Source: Amphiscolops sp. MND2022
Lineage: Eukaryota
NCBI GenBank assembly: GCA_964187785.1
Contig: OZ076418.1
Span: forward strand, 38,874,001 to 38,938,000
Direction: 5' to 3'
DNA: 64,000 nt
Shown here: positions 1-11,960 of the stretch, in pieces
How positions within the stretch are numbered: the stretch's first letter is position 1
Layout: each line of letters opens with the position of its first letter
Notes under the pieces: model-generated
Database searches by the model: none
What the model was told of the DNA's origin: nothing
Seen by the model: the letters and a program-made list of their open reading frames with translations, nothing else
Translations under genes and position numbers: made by a program

Positions 1-279
1 ACGCAAATGCGGGTTACATCCTCGGCTAATAACTCGAAACACTTTATATGACTTTTATTCTATTCGTCCAAGAAATGCCTCATCAAGTTTCTACACAAAA
101 AATTATCTTTAAATAAATTTGAATCCGAAAAATGGAATATTTGAAACAAACTTCAATTAAATCAACATTTACCATTCTTGACATAACAGAGAAAAGACAA
201 AGATTAGTTAGGACTCGATGCTATTGACATTTAAACAAAAACAATGGTGATAGGAGTAGTAGCAAGGATGAATAAAAAG

Positions 280-651
280 TCAGACGTCAATAAATCTCAC
301 GAAGCAGAGATCGAGTTTGTTGCCTGCACAATGCGTGGGCGAAGCGACAACGTGCCTGAAGACGAGCTTTTCAAGAAAGCCTCCAATGCGAGTTGAGTCC
401 GGGGAGTTGAAATCTCCAATGAAAATGGCAGTTTCATCGGTATAACAGTTTTGCAAGTTATTCATGAAAAGTGAGAAAGGACATTGATGGTTTCTGTAGA
501 CTCCAATAACTGAGAAGTTCGCAGCCGTCAGAAGAACGTTGATCACTGAGTTATGAAATTGTATTTCGCAGTTTGTACGAACCGAAATAACACTTAAACC
601 ACGGCCTCTCCCTTCCTTCAGGTGTCTGGATATCAAAAATTTAGTCTCCAA
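280..651 (-). pseudogene. Endonuclease/exonuclease/phosphatase (APE-like) domain at the Helentron C-terminus
   Basis: ORF has VIGVYR, IFIGDFN and SPTHCAGNKLDLCF motifs typical of EEP endonucleases. Confidence 0.85.
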
Positions 652-849
652 GTCAGGAACTGGATGACTCGTCTGCAGTCATGTTTCAGAAAGCAGAATA
701 TAGTCACAAGAATTGATAAAATAATCTGCCTTAAGATCTTCAATATTGGCATTTAACGACTGGATATTTAGGCAACACAATGTCAGCTTAAAACTGTTCG
801 TGAAAATGTTCGCGGTAGATGTTGCCGACCTTTCGGGAAGCTGCAGAAA

Positions 850-2637
850 GTCGCACATTAACTTGCCTTCAGCATATTATCTTATTTGTCGTGAAGAGAA
901 GTCGCCTGTTGTTGATATTTCCGACATACTTTTGGCCCGGCTAAGCATGACGTATGTCATTCCCGGTTTTAGACTTCGATTCCATTTGATTTTTACTTTT
1001 TGTCCAAAAGAAAAGTTTGACCCTATACTTTAAGACAAGTTAGAGCCCAATCGAGGCGGAAGCGAAGTTGAAGCAAATGTGAACGGGCACCATGTTGACT
1101 TTTTCCACCAACCTGGTAGGATACGAAAGCTTTGAAAATCGTAAAAGCCCCCGGTAAGTCTTTTTAAATTGCGAGTATTGGTTAACAAGAGAGGTACCGA
1201 CGTTCTTGTAATCGAAACTAACTAGCAGACAATCAATTCGACACGAGTCAGAGGAAATAATGCCCACAATTGTTCCCAACTGACCGTTGGTTAGGCCATC
1301 TTGGACATCTACATTACAGACCAACATCACGCGAGATCCCACTTTCAAACTGACCAAGCCATTGAAAGCCGTGTCATCAATTTTCCCACGCTTTGTTTTT
1401 GGTCAACATCAGACTGGAGAGGTAACTACAGAATCAGAAATAAACATTTGTCCAGGTAAACTATTCAGCTTCTCATTATTGTAAGAGTTCACTTCGGCAT
1501 TCTTGTAAAATATGCGGGTAGCGTCTGGTGCTAGGGAAGGGTCGTTTTCAGGTATTTTGAGAGATGATAGAAGGTTATGGTCATCTTTGGTTAGCGAAGA
1601 TGTCCTTGCACGCTGCAGGGTTTCTATCAGTTTGCATTCACCTTTCTGCCAAAAACACAGTATAGGTGAAAGAATAGGCACTACACGTTTCCATAATAGT
1701 GAAATATTGATACCTAACCGATGATTAGCTTGGAGGACGACAGACTGAAACTGCAGCCAGATGTTGAAAAAGTCATAGTACTGGGAATATCTTTGAGCGC
1801 GTGGTTGTTGAAATTTGAAACGACCGCGAACAGGCTTGAGCTGCAGGAGGTCGCCAAAAAGCAGTACGGGAACACGCCCGAAATTGCGATAGTTTTTTTC
1901 ACTGATTGAAGCCTCTCGTGAAGTTGGTAGAAGCGGTCCGAACGTACCATACTAATTTCATCGACAATCAATATGACTAGCTCTTCCAACTTGGACCTCA
2001 ATTTGTCGTGTGGGCTATCAGCAAGATTGGTGAGTTCATCGCCAAATTCAAGTTGAAACGTTGAATGTAACGTACTCCCGTTCACGAGGGAAGCTGCCAT
2101 TCCGGTCGGAGCAATAACCAGCGCTTTTGATTCATCAAGTTACGAACCACCACCAGCTAAAATAGATGAGACGTAGTTTATAACTGTATTGATGTGTTTG
2201 GTCTTTCCAGTACCTGCTTCTCCTTGGACAATAAACAGTGGAGGCGTTGGGATGCCATCACGCAGGAACTGATGGAGGATATGTGCAATCACATCAAAAA
2301 CTTTGCGCAGCTCTTCATGTAACGATCGAATACATTGTCTGGTTTCCGTCGATTGCAAAATCTTGTCACCAATATGGACAAGTCGGTAAGCAGTTGTGTC
2401 AACAGATGTGAGATCTTCTTCAATTAGTTCATTTGCTTGCGTGAAGGGAAAAGTTTTGCACTTGGTTCCGACGATAACTTCCAGATTGTAATGGTATATT
2501 TTGATGGAATCCTCGGTTGAATGTCGATGCAGTTCTCCATGGATAGTATAATAAGCACTCAGAATAAACAAACTTGTGGTTTTCCGTCTCCTTTTGGACT
2601 CATGTAATCGCAAAACACATGGAATTTGTCGCGACAC
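850..2637 (-). pseudogene. PIF1-family (SF1B) helicase domain, fragmented
   Basis: Walker A GEAGTGKT (2140-2637 ORF), GSTLHSTF and LIVDEISMV (1714-2100), LKVGSRVML..N.DVQDGLTNGQLG (1040-1357), and PGMTYVMLSRA read across frameshifts near 930-970. Confidence 0.9.
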
Positions 2638-2872
2638 ATCACACCAGCGTTATCGTTCAAAACAACAAAAATTGGCAAACCATGTTTGTTTCGGACAATT
2701 CGTGTTCGTTTGGCACTTTTTCTGAGGGCATAGTCTTATAGTTGATCACAAAATCTTCTCAACACATGTCAATGAGGGCAGAAGGCTGTTTGCTGTACTT
2801 CTCATGTTTAGCCTTGGTCCACAAGTAAGATGCTTCTCGTCCATCTATTTGGACGGCCTCATTCTGAGGATC

Positions 2873-4200
2873 CTATTCTTCTGTCCAATGCAACAAACGA
2901 TACCTAATTTCCGGAAACCCAGTCGTTAAGAAGAGTGTAGTTATGTTAGAGTTTAAATACATTTTTTTTAAAAGTCTATACGTCGCCTCGCTAGCTCCAA
3001 TCTGCCGAAGAGTAAGATACACGTTTTCCAGAACTTTGAGCGTTTTGTATGCTGATTGACGCTGGTCCATTTACTGTTTGACAGTTTGCTTGAGAACATC
3101 GGTGAGGCCTGTCTAATCTTTCGAGTTGTAGTCACAAATATAGGTAACCACGGCAAAAGAGTCGAAACAAAACTGGAGATCCACGTTCCCGTTCTACGCC
3201 ATCAGCCACTTCGGAATATAATTGTTGATATACAATTCATTGAGGTTCCGTTTTAGGATGACGATGTTTCCTCTTGAAGATATGGAGAGCGCGGACAAAT
3301 ACACTTCGCGAGAGACGTTCAATTGTTCGTAAAAATCTTCGAAAGTGAGTTGCGGTTTAGGACCATTAAATAAACTTTTCGCTTCTTGTAGTACCTGACG
3401 ACCCTGTTCAATGGAATTCTCAACTTCGGTATCCAGTTGCTGAGCTATCAAAGTCACTTCTGATGGGAACTTAGGGAAGCCGAACTTGCACGAGGAAGAT
3501 TTCTTCATACAACATTTTGAATGATGATGTGTTTGAACTTCTTGAGCAACTTGCCGCAAGGGATCGGATTCAGGTGGCAATGCGCAGTTGATGAACTTGT
3601 CAATGAGATAGGCGATTAATTGTTGTTCACTCAAAAAACTCCAATCATGCAAAAACGGTTCATACAATCACAAGCAGCCATGAATTAGGCCATTCCTTGT
3701 AATTGCGTTTCTACACGATATGAATAAAATAAAACCGTCTTCGTTCTTTGACATTACTATTTATTGAATGAAAGTTTGAACTCTTTTGTTGAATATCCTC
3801 GTAAAATGTACGACAAACTGCCGGAGGACAGTACCTCTTTCGATGGGTTGGGATTCCAGAAACAGTTACAATGGCACGTCACCGATAAGTACTCTACTCG
3901 AAAATTTTTACCATTTGGGTCAAACTTGGTTTCAATGCTGATTTTATGTCCTTGCGATTTCAGAATTGTCGCGAAAACCTCGGACCACCACATTTCAGCA
4001 CAAGAGAGCGTGATGATGTACTGGAAAGGGCTGAGCTGCTTAACTTTGCAACTAATTCATTACGAGCGACCCACCAGTAATGACTAGTCCCACGAATTCG
4101 CTGAAAGACTGTTTGTATGTCATCTCCACTTTTTTTGACGGTGTCATTATCCAAACGCTCTGTTTTCTCTTTGCAAAAAGCATTATCGCAGTGCCGTTCC
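2873..4200 (-). pseudogene. Helitron Rep (HUH endonuclease) domain, fragmented
   Basis: IRGTSHYWWVARNEL (3960-4154); decayed motif 2 YSYRVETQLQGM.IHGCL near 3680-3725; QTHHHSKCC..CKFGFPKFPS; NNY.PKWLMAWNGNVDLQFC...TYICDY.SK near 3110-3240; RQIGASEATYRLL. Confidence 0.85.
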
Positions 4201-4415
4201 AGTTATTCTTTTTCTACGCGCTGCTGAGCAGCGAAACATTAGCTACTGTCTTCAGCGAAACGAGAATTTTTTGTTCACAATTCTCTGAAATAATGCTGGG
4301 AACTAATTCTCACCTCCCGTGTATCACTCAATGTAAAAATTCCGGACGGGAAAAAGCAAGGAAAGGATTTCGCTTCGAAGTCCACACTATTCAACCAGTT
4401 CGTCGAAGTTTGTTT

Positions 4416-5683
4416 TCACCTGGAGCGACAACAATAGTTTTGCGAGACAACTCTGCGGACAACACCATAGTTCGAAATCACGTGAGCAGCCAGATTCTGA
4501 GCAATGAAACATGGGTCCAATTTATCTTCGTTCTTCGTTTGAGTTGCTTCCTGGTCATCTTCCGGCTGCACATCCGTTGCAAATAGGGCCGTTTCTTCCG
4601 GGCAAAACATTGCATTCAAGACATCGTTGTTGAAAGGATTTCCGCTGGATTGCAGCCACGCTAGCACCTCGATCAACATGAGCGGACGCACAAGCGCTTC
4701 TGAATGAACATTTTTGAAAAGTTTGCATTGCTTGAATTGCATGTTCACTAGAATCGAACCGTCCAAATTACGTGGAAGAATTTTTGTTTTATTTTCAAGA
4801 CCGGTATGCGTTAAAAACACATTTATAACTTTGTCCTCAACCGCTGCATGCGTGACTTCGGCAAATTGAAAATTTTCATGAACAAAAGATCTTTAACAAT
4901 CAGTTGCATTTCAAAATCGGATAGTTTCAGTTCTTCAGGAATTGACTCGATAGTAAGACTATTGTGAGCAGACATGCTCAGTAATTCACCGTTTTGTAAA
5001 TTTCGATGGCAGCAGTGACACAAAAACTTTGGACCGGAAAGATATTCTGAATTGATGCTTCTTGTAACCAATTGCTTGTCAAGTCAAGAAAAGGCGCTTT
5101 CGGACAATTTAACAACATTCGCGAAGAGTACTCGTTCACTTTTCATTCAAAAAGTTAGGCCCAAACATCTACTGCAACGGAATTCATTCAAAAGTTCACC
5201 AAACGTCTTCGTGAACTTTTTGACTCGATGTTTCAGATGGGAAAGTTCTTTGATTGTCTCCTGGTAATTAATGCGAAGGTCCTCTCACAGAAACTCTTGA
5301 TTCTTGGCCTGGTATTTTGTTTTCCAAGGTTCCTCCAATGAAGCGCGACATTTCAGTTTCAGCAGTTCCTTTAAAGAAGTCTGGTATTTCTTTTCCAAAG
5401 GTCCCTTCAAAAAAGTATGATATTTCACTTCTAGGGAATACCTCAGCTTCTGTGATTTGACACGAATTTGCTCCTTCAATTCGTGGCCTGTACGTATCGC
5501 TTCCTCCAGATTCATTTGATACTTTTCTTTCGATTTGCTCCGCAAGGTTTCTGGATATTTCATCCTCCAAACTTCCTTGCAATGGAATAGGTATTTCAGT
5601 CTTAATTGTTCTTTGAATTTATTTCGGTACCTCTCTTTCAATTTATCTTTCAACGAAACAACATACTTTCTCTTCAACCTCAT
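4416..5683 (-). pseudogene. Helentron pre-Rep region: Lys/Glu/Tyr-rich charged repeats followed by a Cys-containing DUF6570-like domain
   Basis: ORFs 5285-5683 (KERYRNKFKEQ-type repeats), 4823-5071 (FLCHCCHRNL...IPEELKLSDFEMQLI) and 4416-4820 (ALVRP...EVLAWL..GNPF). The DUF6570 assignment is from recalled family resemblance, not a search. Confidence 0.65.
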
Positions 5684-7346
5684 CCACTTTTTTCATACTG
5701 AGATTTATTTCTAATACTGGTAATCATTGTGACAGATCGCGGTTGTCGAATGTCTTTTTCAGTTCTACCTCTGACATAAATTTGCTTTTTCAAGCGTTTT
5801 CGCTGTGCAAGAACTGTCTTGTACAAAGTCCTACCAGCGCTTCGAGAGAAATGCCCGAAAGCCTAATTTTGTTTCTGAAAGGTTGTTGAACAATCCACAT
5901 AAGGCTGTTCGAGATATTTCACGGGGTCGAGAGATGGAACATGCTGGGAAAGTGCATTGCTAGATGCGACTGACTCAAAACAGTTAGTTCTGGTAATATG
6001 CTTACGCTTTTTCCTAATACCTCGGAATGATTTTCCGCAAAAAGTGCATTTGAAGGCGCAATTAAATGTCTGATGAAGAGAGCCAGTTTGACAGCCGTCC
6101 AAGACTTTGCTTGTCCGAAGTTATTGCCACATAGAAACGTTTCGTAAGTGCCAAGTGGTTGATAAAAATGGCTTCCTTTCTGTGGCATCAATAAGTGTAA
6201 CAGATGTGTCTCGACTTTTCAGAAGATGTGTAAAGGAGCAATAAAATGAAGACTGGAAGCATTCGGGGTGCTGGCTGGTTGCCTTCCAGGGGTACCGCAG
6301 CATACACATACGTGAAGCATTCAAACCGATTCCAGCCAATTGATAGCATTCAAGGGATCGGGATGGCAGATGCAACACAAACGCTTTGAATCCATTAAAC
6401 ACTGCTGTTTCGTACAAGAACTGAGTATGACAATCAACAGCGCTCAGCATCAATGGTGTACCACGCACACGTTTTTGGAACCAGCCGATAACAAATTTTC
6501 ATTACAGTGCATAGCAAGCTATTTTGCTGTTTGTCGTGGAATCCGGGACACGAAAATTTCGCTGCTTGTCCGTGGAATGCTTGTTTGTGGAATCCGGGAC
6601 TTATGACGTAATTTGCCAATTTTGCACGGTTAAAGGTATGGTCGTGGAATCCGAGATATTGAAAGCACAAAGTTGCGCTTTGAGCAATAAGGCTTGCCTG
6701 TGCACTCTAATGTTGTTGGAACTTGATTCCCTAGACTATGCAAAAAAGCAGCAGGAAGGATGACATCTGTGATTGTGTTATCATCAACAACCTCTTTGAT
6801 GGCAAGTAAAAAGGCAAGTGTTTCTACATGATCACCATGGTCGTTAGGATTTGAACAGGCAATATCGATAAGTTATCCGAGAGCTTCTTCGGGTAAATTA
6901 TTCATCGACCTGGAAAAAAAGTTAGGTTGCAAAATGAAATCTTAACGAGTAACTTCGTATTTAAACTTCTTTCGACTTCAACGCTCCAAGAGTCTACAAA
7001 ATACGTAAAATGATAAAAATGTATTGAATGAACAAAGTTATCAAAGACACGTATCAAATTGATTGAAGACACAACTCATGAAATAAACTTAATGACCTAA
7101 TGAGATAACTGAATGACATAACGGAGAAAGCTAATTTAATCGTTACAAAAAAAGGCAAAAACAAAACACTTACGAGACAAGGTAGCTTTTTTGAAAAACC
7201 ATATGACAGCTTAACGGTCCTTCCTGATGCAAATCGTTCAATGATGTTTCAGACGGGATAACTCCAGGAAACAATTAAGAGTATAATAAAATAAAAAGAG
7301 CTGAACGAAAACTAGGGCAATCAGTTCAAAAGTATAGGCAAAAACT

Positions 7347-8033
7347 GAATGAACATTTTTGAAAAATTTGCATTGCTTGAAATGCACATTGACTAGTATC
7401 GAACCGTCCAAATTACGTGGGAAGAATTTTCAAGAGCAGTATGCGTTAAAAACACATTTATAACTTTGTCCTCAACCGCTGCATGCCAACCGCTGCATGA
7501 CTTCGGCAAATTGATTATTTTCATGAACAAAAGGTCTTCAGCAATCAGTTGCATTGCAAAATCTGATAGTTTCAGATCTTCAGGAAATGACTCGATAGTA
7601 AGACTATTCCGAGCAGACATGCTCATTAATTCACCGTTTTGTAAATTTCGATGGCAGCAGTGACACAAAAATTTTGGACCGGAAAGATATTCTGAATTGA
7701 TGCTTCTTGTAACCAATTGCTTGTCAAGTCAAGAAAAGGCGCTTTCGGACGATTTAACAACACCATTCGCGAAGAGTACTCGTTCACTCTTCATTCAAAA
7801 AGTTAGGCCCAAACATCTACTGCGACGGAATTCATTCAAAAGTTCACCAAACGTTTTCGTGGACTTTTTGACTCCATATTTCAGATGAAGTTCTTTGATT
7901 GTCTCCTGGTAGTTGTTGCGAAGGTCCTCTCTCACAAATTCCTGATACTTGGCCTGATATTTTATTTTCAAAAGTTCCTCTAATGATGCGCGGTATTTCA
8001 GTTTCAGAAGTTCCTTTAAAGAAGTCTGGTGTT
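7347..8033 (-). repeat. Diverged second copy of Helentron segment ~4700-5392
   Basis: Direct nucleotide similarity with scattered substitutions and indels; ORF 7393-7716 parallels ORF 4823-5071. Confidence 0.9.
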
Positions 8034-10359
8034 TCCTTTTAAAAGAGAAGATTTTCCTTTTTTCTTCTAGAGAACTTCCAGTTTGAGAGGATATGAAGCT
8101 CATATCAAGAGGTTTGGAAGATGATACGAGCGGAGCTGAAAGGTGTTTTCCTTTCTTCGACTTCTCTCCCGACTATTGCCAGTTTTCAGGGTTTGCAGTG
8201 ATCTTCGGATTTTCATTGATACCCTGCCGAATGGCTCTAGTGGGATGTGCAGATGTACACTGGAAACTCCATGTAGGCAACGCTGATGAAAGGTTGCTCG
8301 GAATGATTGGAAATCTCGGAGCACTACTTGGTGACGCTGCAAAGGTTTCGGTTGCAGGAGATAGACTTGTATTGTGAGGTTGGAGTTTTCATTGAGCTGA
8401 GTTTACGAGGAAGTAGGTGTCTGGAACAGGAACCAACAATGTTGGTATTTTCCTGAGGGCGTTTAGAGGATCCGGAAAACTTGGATGTCGCAGTGGGGCG
8501 ATTGCAGTTTCTCAACTTCGCTAATCTCTGCAATGCAGTGAAATCATTAGCGTGGGACCGCTCAGCTGATTTCACTGTTGCGAGCACATCTTTGGGTTGG
8601 GCATATATGATTGCAGCTGTATTTTTGGGATGGAATACGGCTCGATCTATACCTGTCAGTAGGACTAACTCTCCATCAAACAGCCGAGGGACATCCTTCG
8701 TGTTGGAGCATGAAGGTCTTTCCATGATAGCACTGGAGAAGGAAGATTTGGTGGAGAAACGAATGTCATGATTTCTTCCTGAGAACTATCGAGCAGAGGC
8801 AGTAGTTCAGAATCAATTGACATTCTAGACACCGAAACAAGTTCAACATACAAACATACGAACAGCTAAAAAACCAAGAAGACAAAAGCGAGCACACAAG
8901 AAACATATAAAATGACAAAAATGTTTCCAGTAAAACTTCAAACCGTTCCTGGGTTTTTAGATTGTCAAAAAACGCACCGCAAAACAACAACAGGAAGCCA
9001 TCTGAACAGCGTTATAGAGAAATGATGAAAGTATATTATAAACGTATACATTTGTGAAATGCTGGTTTGATAGTCAAAAAATTTCGACAAGCGATTAACA
9101 GTTTTTCGCAGTACCGGAAACCTTGGAAAATAAGAAAAGTTCTTCGAAAAACATCACGAGGCAAAAAAAGTCAAGCGGCTTCATCTATTTAAACCATAAT
9201 ATTTGAAATCACTGAGACAAAATATTTAATTGACTATGTATAATTAATAACTCACCGAGCAGTAAAACTACAAACTCATTTAACCATGAATAAATAGGAA
9301 AACCATAAACCATTTGAATAATCCCCGATTAGAGCACAGTGAGTGCTAAGTAAAACTGACAAAGGCAAAAAAGTGAGTGAATTCTAAAGTTGACAAAACT
9401 GTATAGAAAATTTATTGGAAATGATTGTTAAAGCTCAAATATTGAGGATTTATATTGATCAAAAAAAACTATTGCAGACTTGAATTTAGGATCAAATGCA
9501 ATCCTTTGGATCATTTCAGGTGTAGAATGTTTAGGCTTATTATCAGAGTTCCAATATGGGGCTTCCTGTGGCTGCGATGATTGGGTTCTTGAGAAAACTC
9601 CAGGTAGATGTGGCCTTTTTTACGTTTTTGAATCGAGAAAACGCCTACGCCGCACCAAATGAGTGCGGAGAGAACATACTTCGAGACCTTCATCAGCGAT
9701 GTCATTCTGCGAAGGGGCCTAGACGACAGCTTACTGAGTTAAGCCTTCGAAGTTATCTGCTAATGGACAGTATATCCGGTGCTAGAATCAATCCCCAGTG
9801 CTACAGGTTTTCTATATACTTCCCAAAAATCTCAGAATCGTTGATCGCAACTACTTTTCAAAGAAATTTTTCGAGATTCTAACGTCCCAGCAAAAACTTT
9901 GAAGAGGGGTCACCCGAGCTCCCGACAATGTCATCTCTTTTAAGGAGATCAGTTGTCACGGGGGGTATCTAAGCTTACGAACAAGAGCCGGGCAAATAAG
10001 GTGACAGCAATTGCGTCCAAACAGTATGCGGACCTCCTGCGCATGAAGTTGGGACGCCAAACGGTGCCACCCGAGCTCTAAAAACCCTCAGACGGTCCAG
10101 CTGAGCTTGGTCTAGGAAGGACGTTGCTCCCTAGGGTGACGACTGCTACACCTCCAAAAATTAATAGAACAACCAACAGTTGGTCAGTTGGGTCTGCCAC
10201 ACCCGGATTCGTTCGTTCTGGCGTGCTTGGGACAATTGCCTCCTGAACGAACTTCAACAGTTAACTGTCAATAACAACAATCAGTAAACAACATTCTTTA
10301 CTGGATGATTCTATGGTAATAGCAAACAGCTCCAACGAGTACTTCTCAGTTTTTTACAC

Positions 10360-11700
10360 CAAAACTAATGAATAAATGTAAGTAGATGTCGTATAAAAAA
10401 TGTCGAAGACAACAAGTCCAATGTTATAGATTGTTCTTTAACCGATGTAACGAGTGTATTATCACAAGCCTCAAGTGGTACAGCATTTGACGATTTACCT
10501 GGAAAAATCTTGCGTGAAAGCTCAAATGAATTAACCCCACACTTCCTTAACCTACTTGGTAATATCCTTGCCACAACAATTTTTCCTCAAGTCTGGGAAA
10601 CTTCCTGAGTTGTATCCATTGCAAAGAATAACCAAACATGAAAAATTACAGATTAGCGTCCAATCTTTATCCTGTCGAAGGGCTCCTTCGTGTTGTTAAT
10701 ACTGTTAGGTCTTTCCTTCCAGTTTTTAATGGTGTTCCACATGGTTTAATTTTAGGCCCTGTTTTCTCTCTAGTTTTCATCAATGTTATACCTGACAAAT
10801 GTACAAAAACATTTTTTTTTGTTTGCAGGTGACCTAAAACTAACTGGTAACCGAAAGAAGTCGAGAGAGGTTGACGCGGAAAGAGTCCTCCAATGGGCCG
10901 AAGAGAACGAGATGCGCTTTAACTATTGTAAAACAGTCCTTTTCACGTATCCTTGTTCTACTGTTGAGTTCACTTTCGGGAACTTTTTAGTGAACTCTTC
11001 TTCATCGGTCAAAGATCAAGGTATGGTACTTGACGATTCTCTATCTGGAATCCCGCTTTTGATCAAGGATGTAAACTTGCTTCCAGTGTACTGCTCCAAC
11101 TAAATTGCAGTAAACCCATAAGTGCGTCTCAACAACTCAAACTGCGTCTTTATTCATTGTACGTTCTACCAATCATTCTTTATGGGTGCCAGGTTCTGCC
11201 CTGGAGTATCAGCAGTCTCAATAATCTTGATAGACTACATTCAAGTGCCACACAGTGGTTACTTCTAATTGTAAGATGCTATATAAACAACTACGACACC
11301 TTAGTCTCCTTCCAATATCGCTGAGGCTTCAACTCTATGATATACTATTATTCAACAGTATCTTGAATGGGAAATACACTTTTGACTGGACAGAATATAT
11401 TGAAATTGCCGGAAAAACAAAACCGGTATGCAGCGTGATGAAATTATGCTTTTCAAGTTGAAAATCATGAAGACTGAGAGATCGGAGAAGTCATTTTTCT
11501 TCCAGGTTACCTCTTTGGCAAATAGAATTCACAAGACCTCCAATTGCTCACTGATCATACAGCCTAATTACTTCAAGAAGAAAATCACTGAGGTCTTCTC
11601 AAATTTTCACTCGGATGCCTTTGAACATTTTGGCTGCAATAGATTTTTCATTTGCCACTGCATCACCTGTAAAATTCTTAATATTTACCTTATGCTGTAG
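10360..11700 (+). mobile_element. Degenerate CR1/L2-like LINE reverse transcriptase, 3' part with internal deletion
   Basis: Fragments AFDDLPGKILRES, IFPQVWETS, KNYRL, GVPHGLILGPVF..FIN, LFAGDLKL, ILPIILYGCQV and SFFFQVTSLAN; ends with a Cys motif. Confidence 0.85.
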
Positions 11701-11960
11701 TTTTTTATATTTTGTGACAGACACAATGCACAATATTAGCTTAATTGTTGTGAAAAACCTAATAAATAGAGACGTTTTTGATTGGATTGGTTGTTTACCG
11801 TCAATGGAACTAAATTTTTGGGCAATCGTCACACTCTGGTCTCTGGGACTGTTCCGCGAGTTTGTCTTGCTAAATAGCTTCTATCAAGAATTTCTATGTC
11901 GTTTCTTTTTTTCGTGTTTCTAATATTGTTTGTTGCCCACTCGTTCCCATTACAAATTAC

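Larger units (their letters stand above)
280..6926 (-). mobile_element. Degenerate Helentron-type Helitron (Rep + PIF1 helicase + C-terminal AP-like endonuclease), broken by stops and frameshifts
   Basis: Collinear minus-strand fragments: N-terminal Cys/basic region, Rep HUH and tyrosine motifs, SF1 helicase motifs, then EEP endonuclease. This domain order is established for Helentrons. The 3' terminus probably lies at or beyond the window start. Confidence 0.9.

Noticed and set aside
6100-6520. OTU or herpes-tegument-like peptidase in the Helentron N-terminus
   Set aside because: I could not find a convincing catalytic Cys/His/Asp motif in any frame; left unassigned.
9680-9710. Hammerhead ribozyme at CTGATGA on the minus strand
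   Set aside because: No stem II followed by GAAA and no closing helices; other CTGATGA sites fail likewise.
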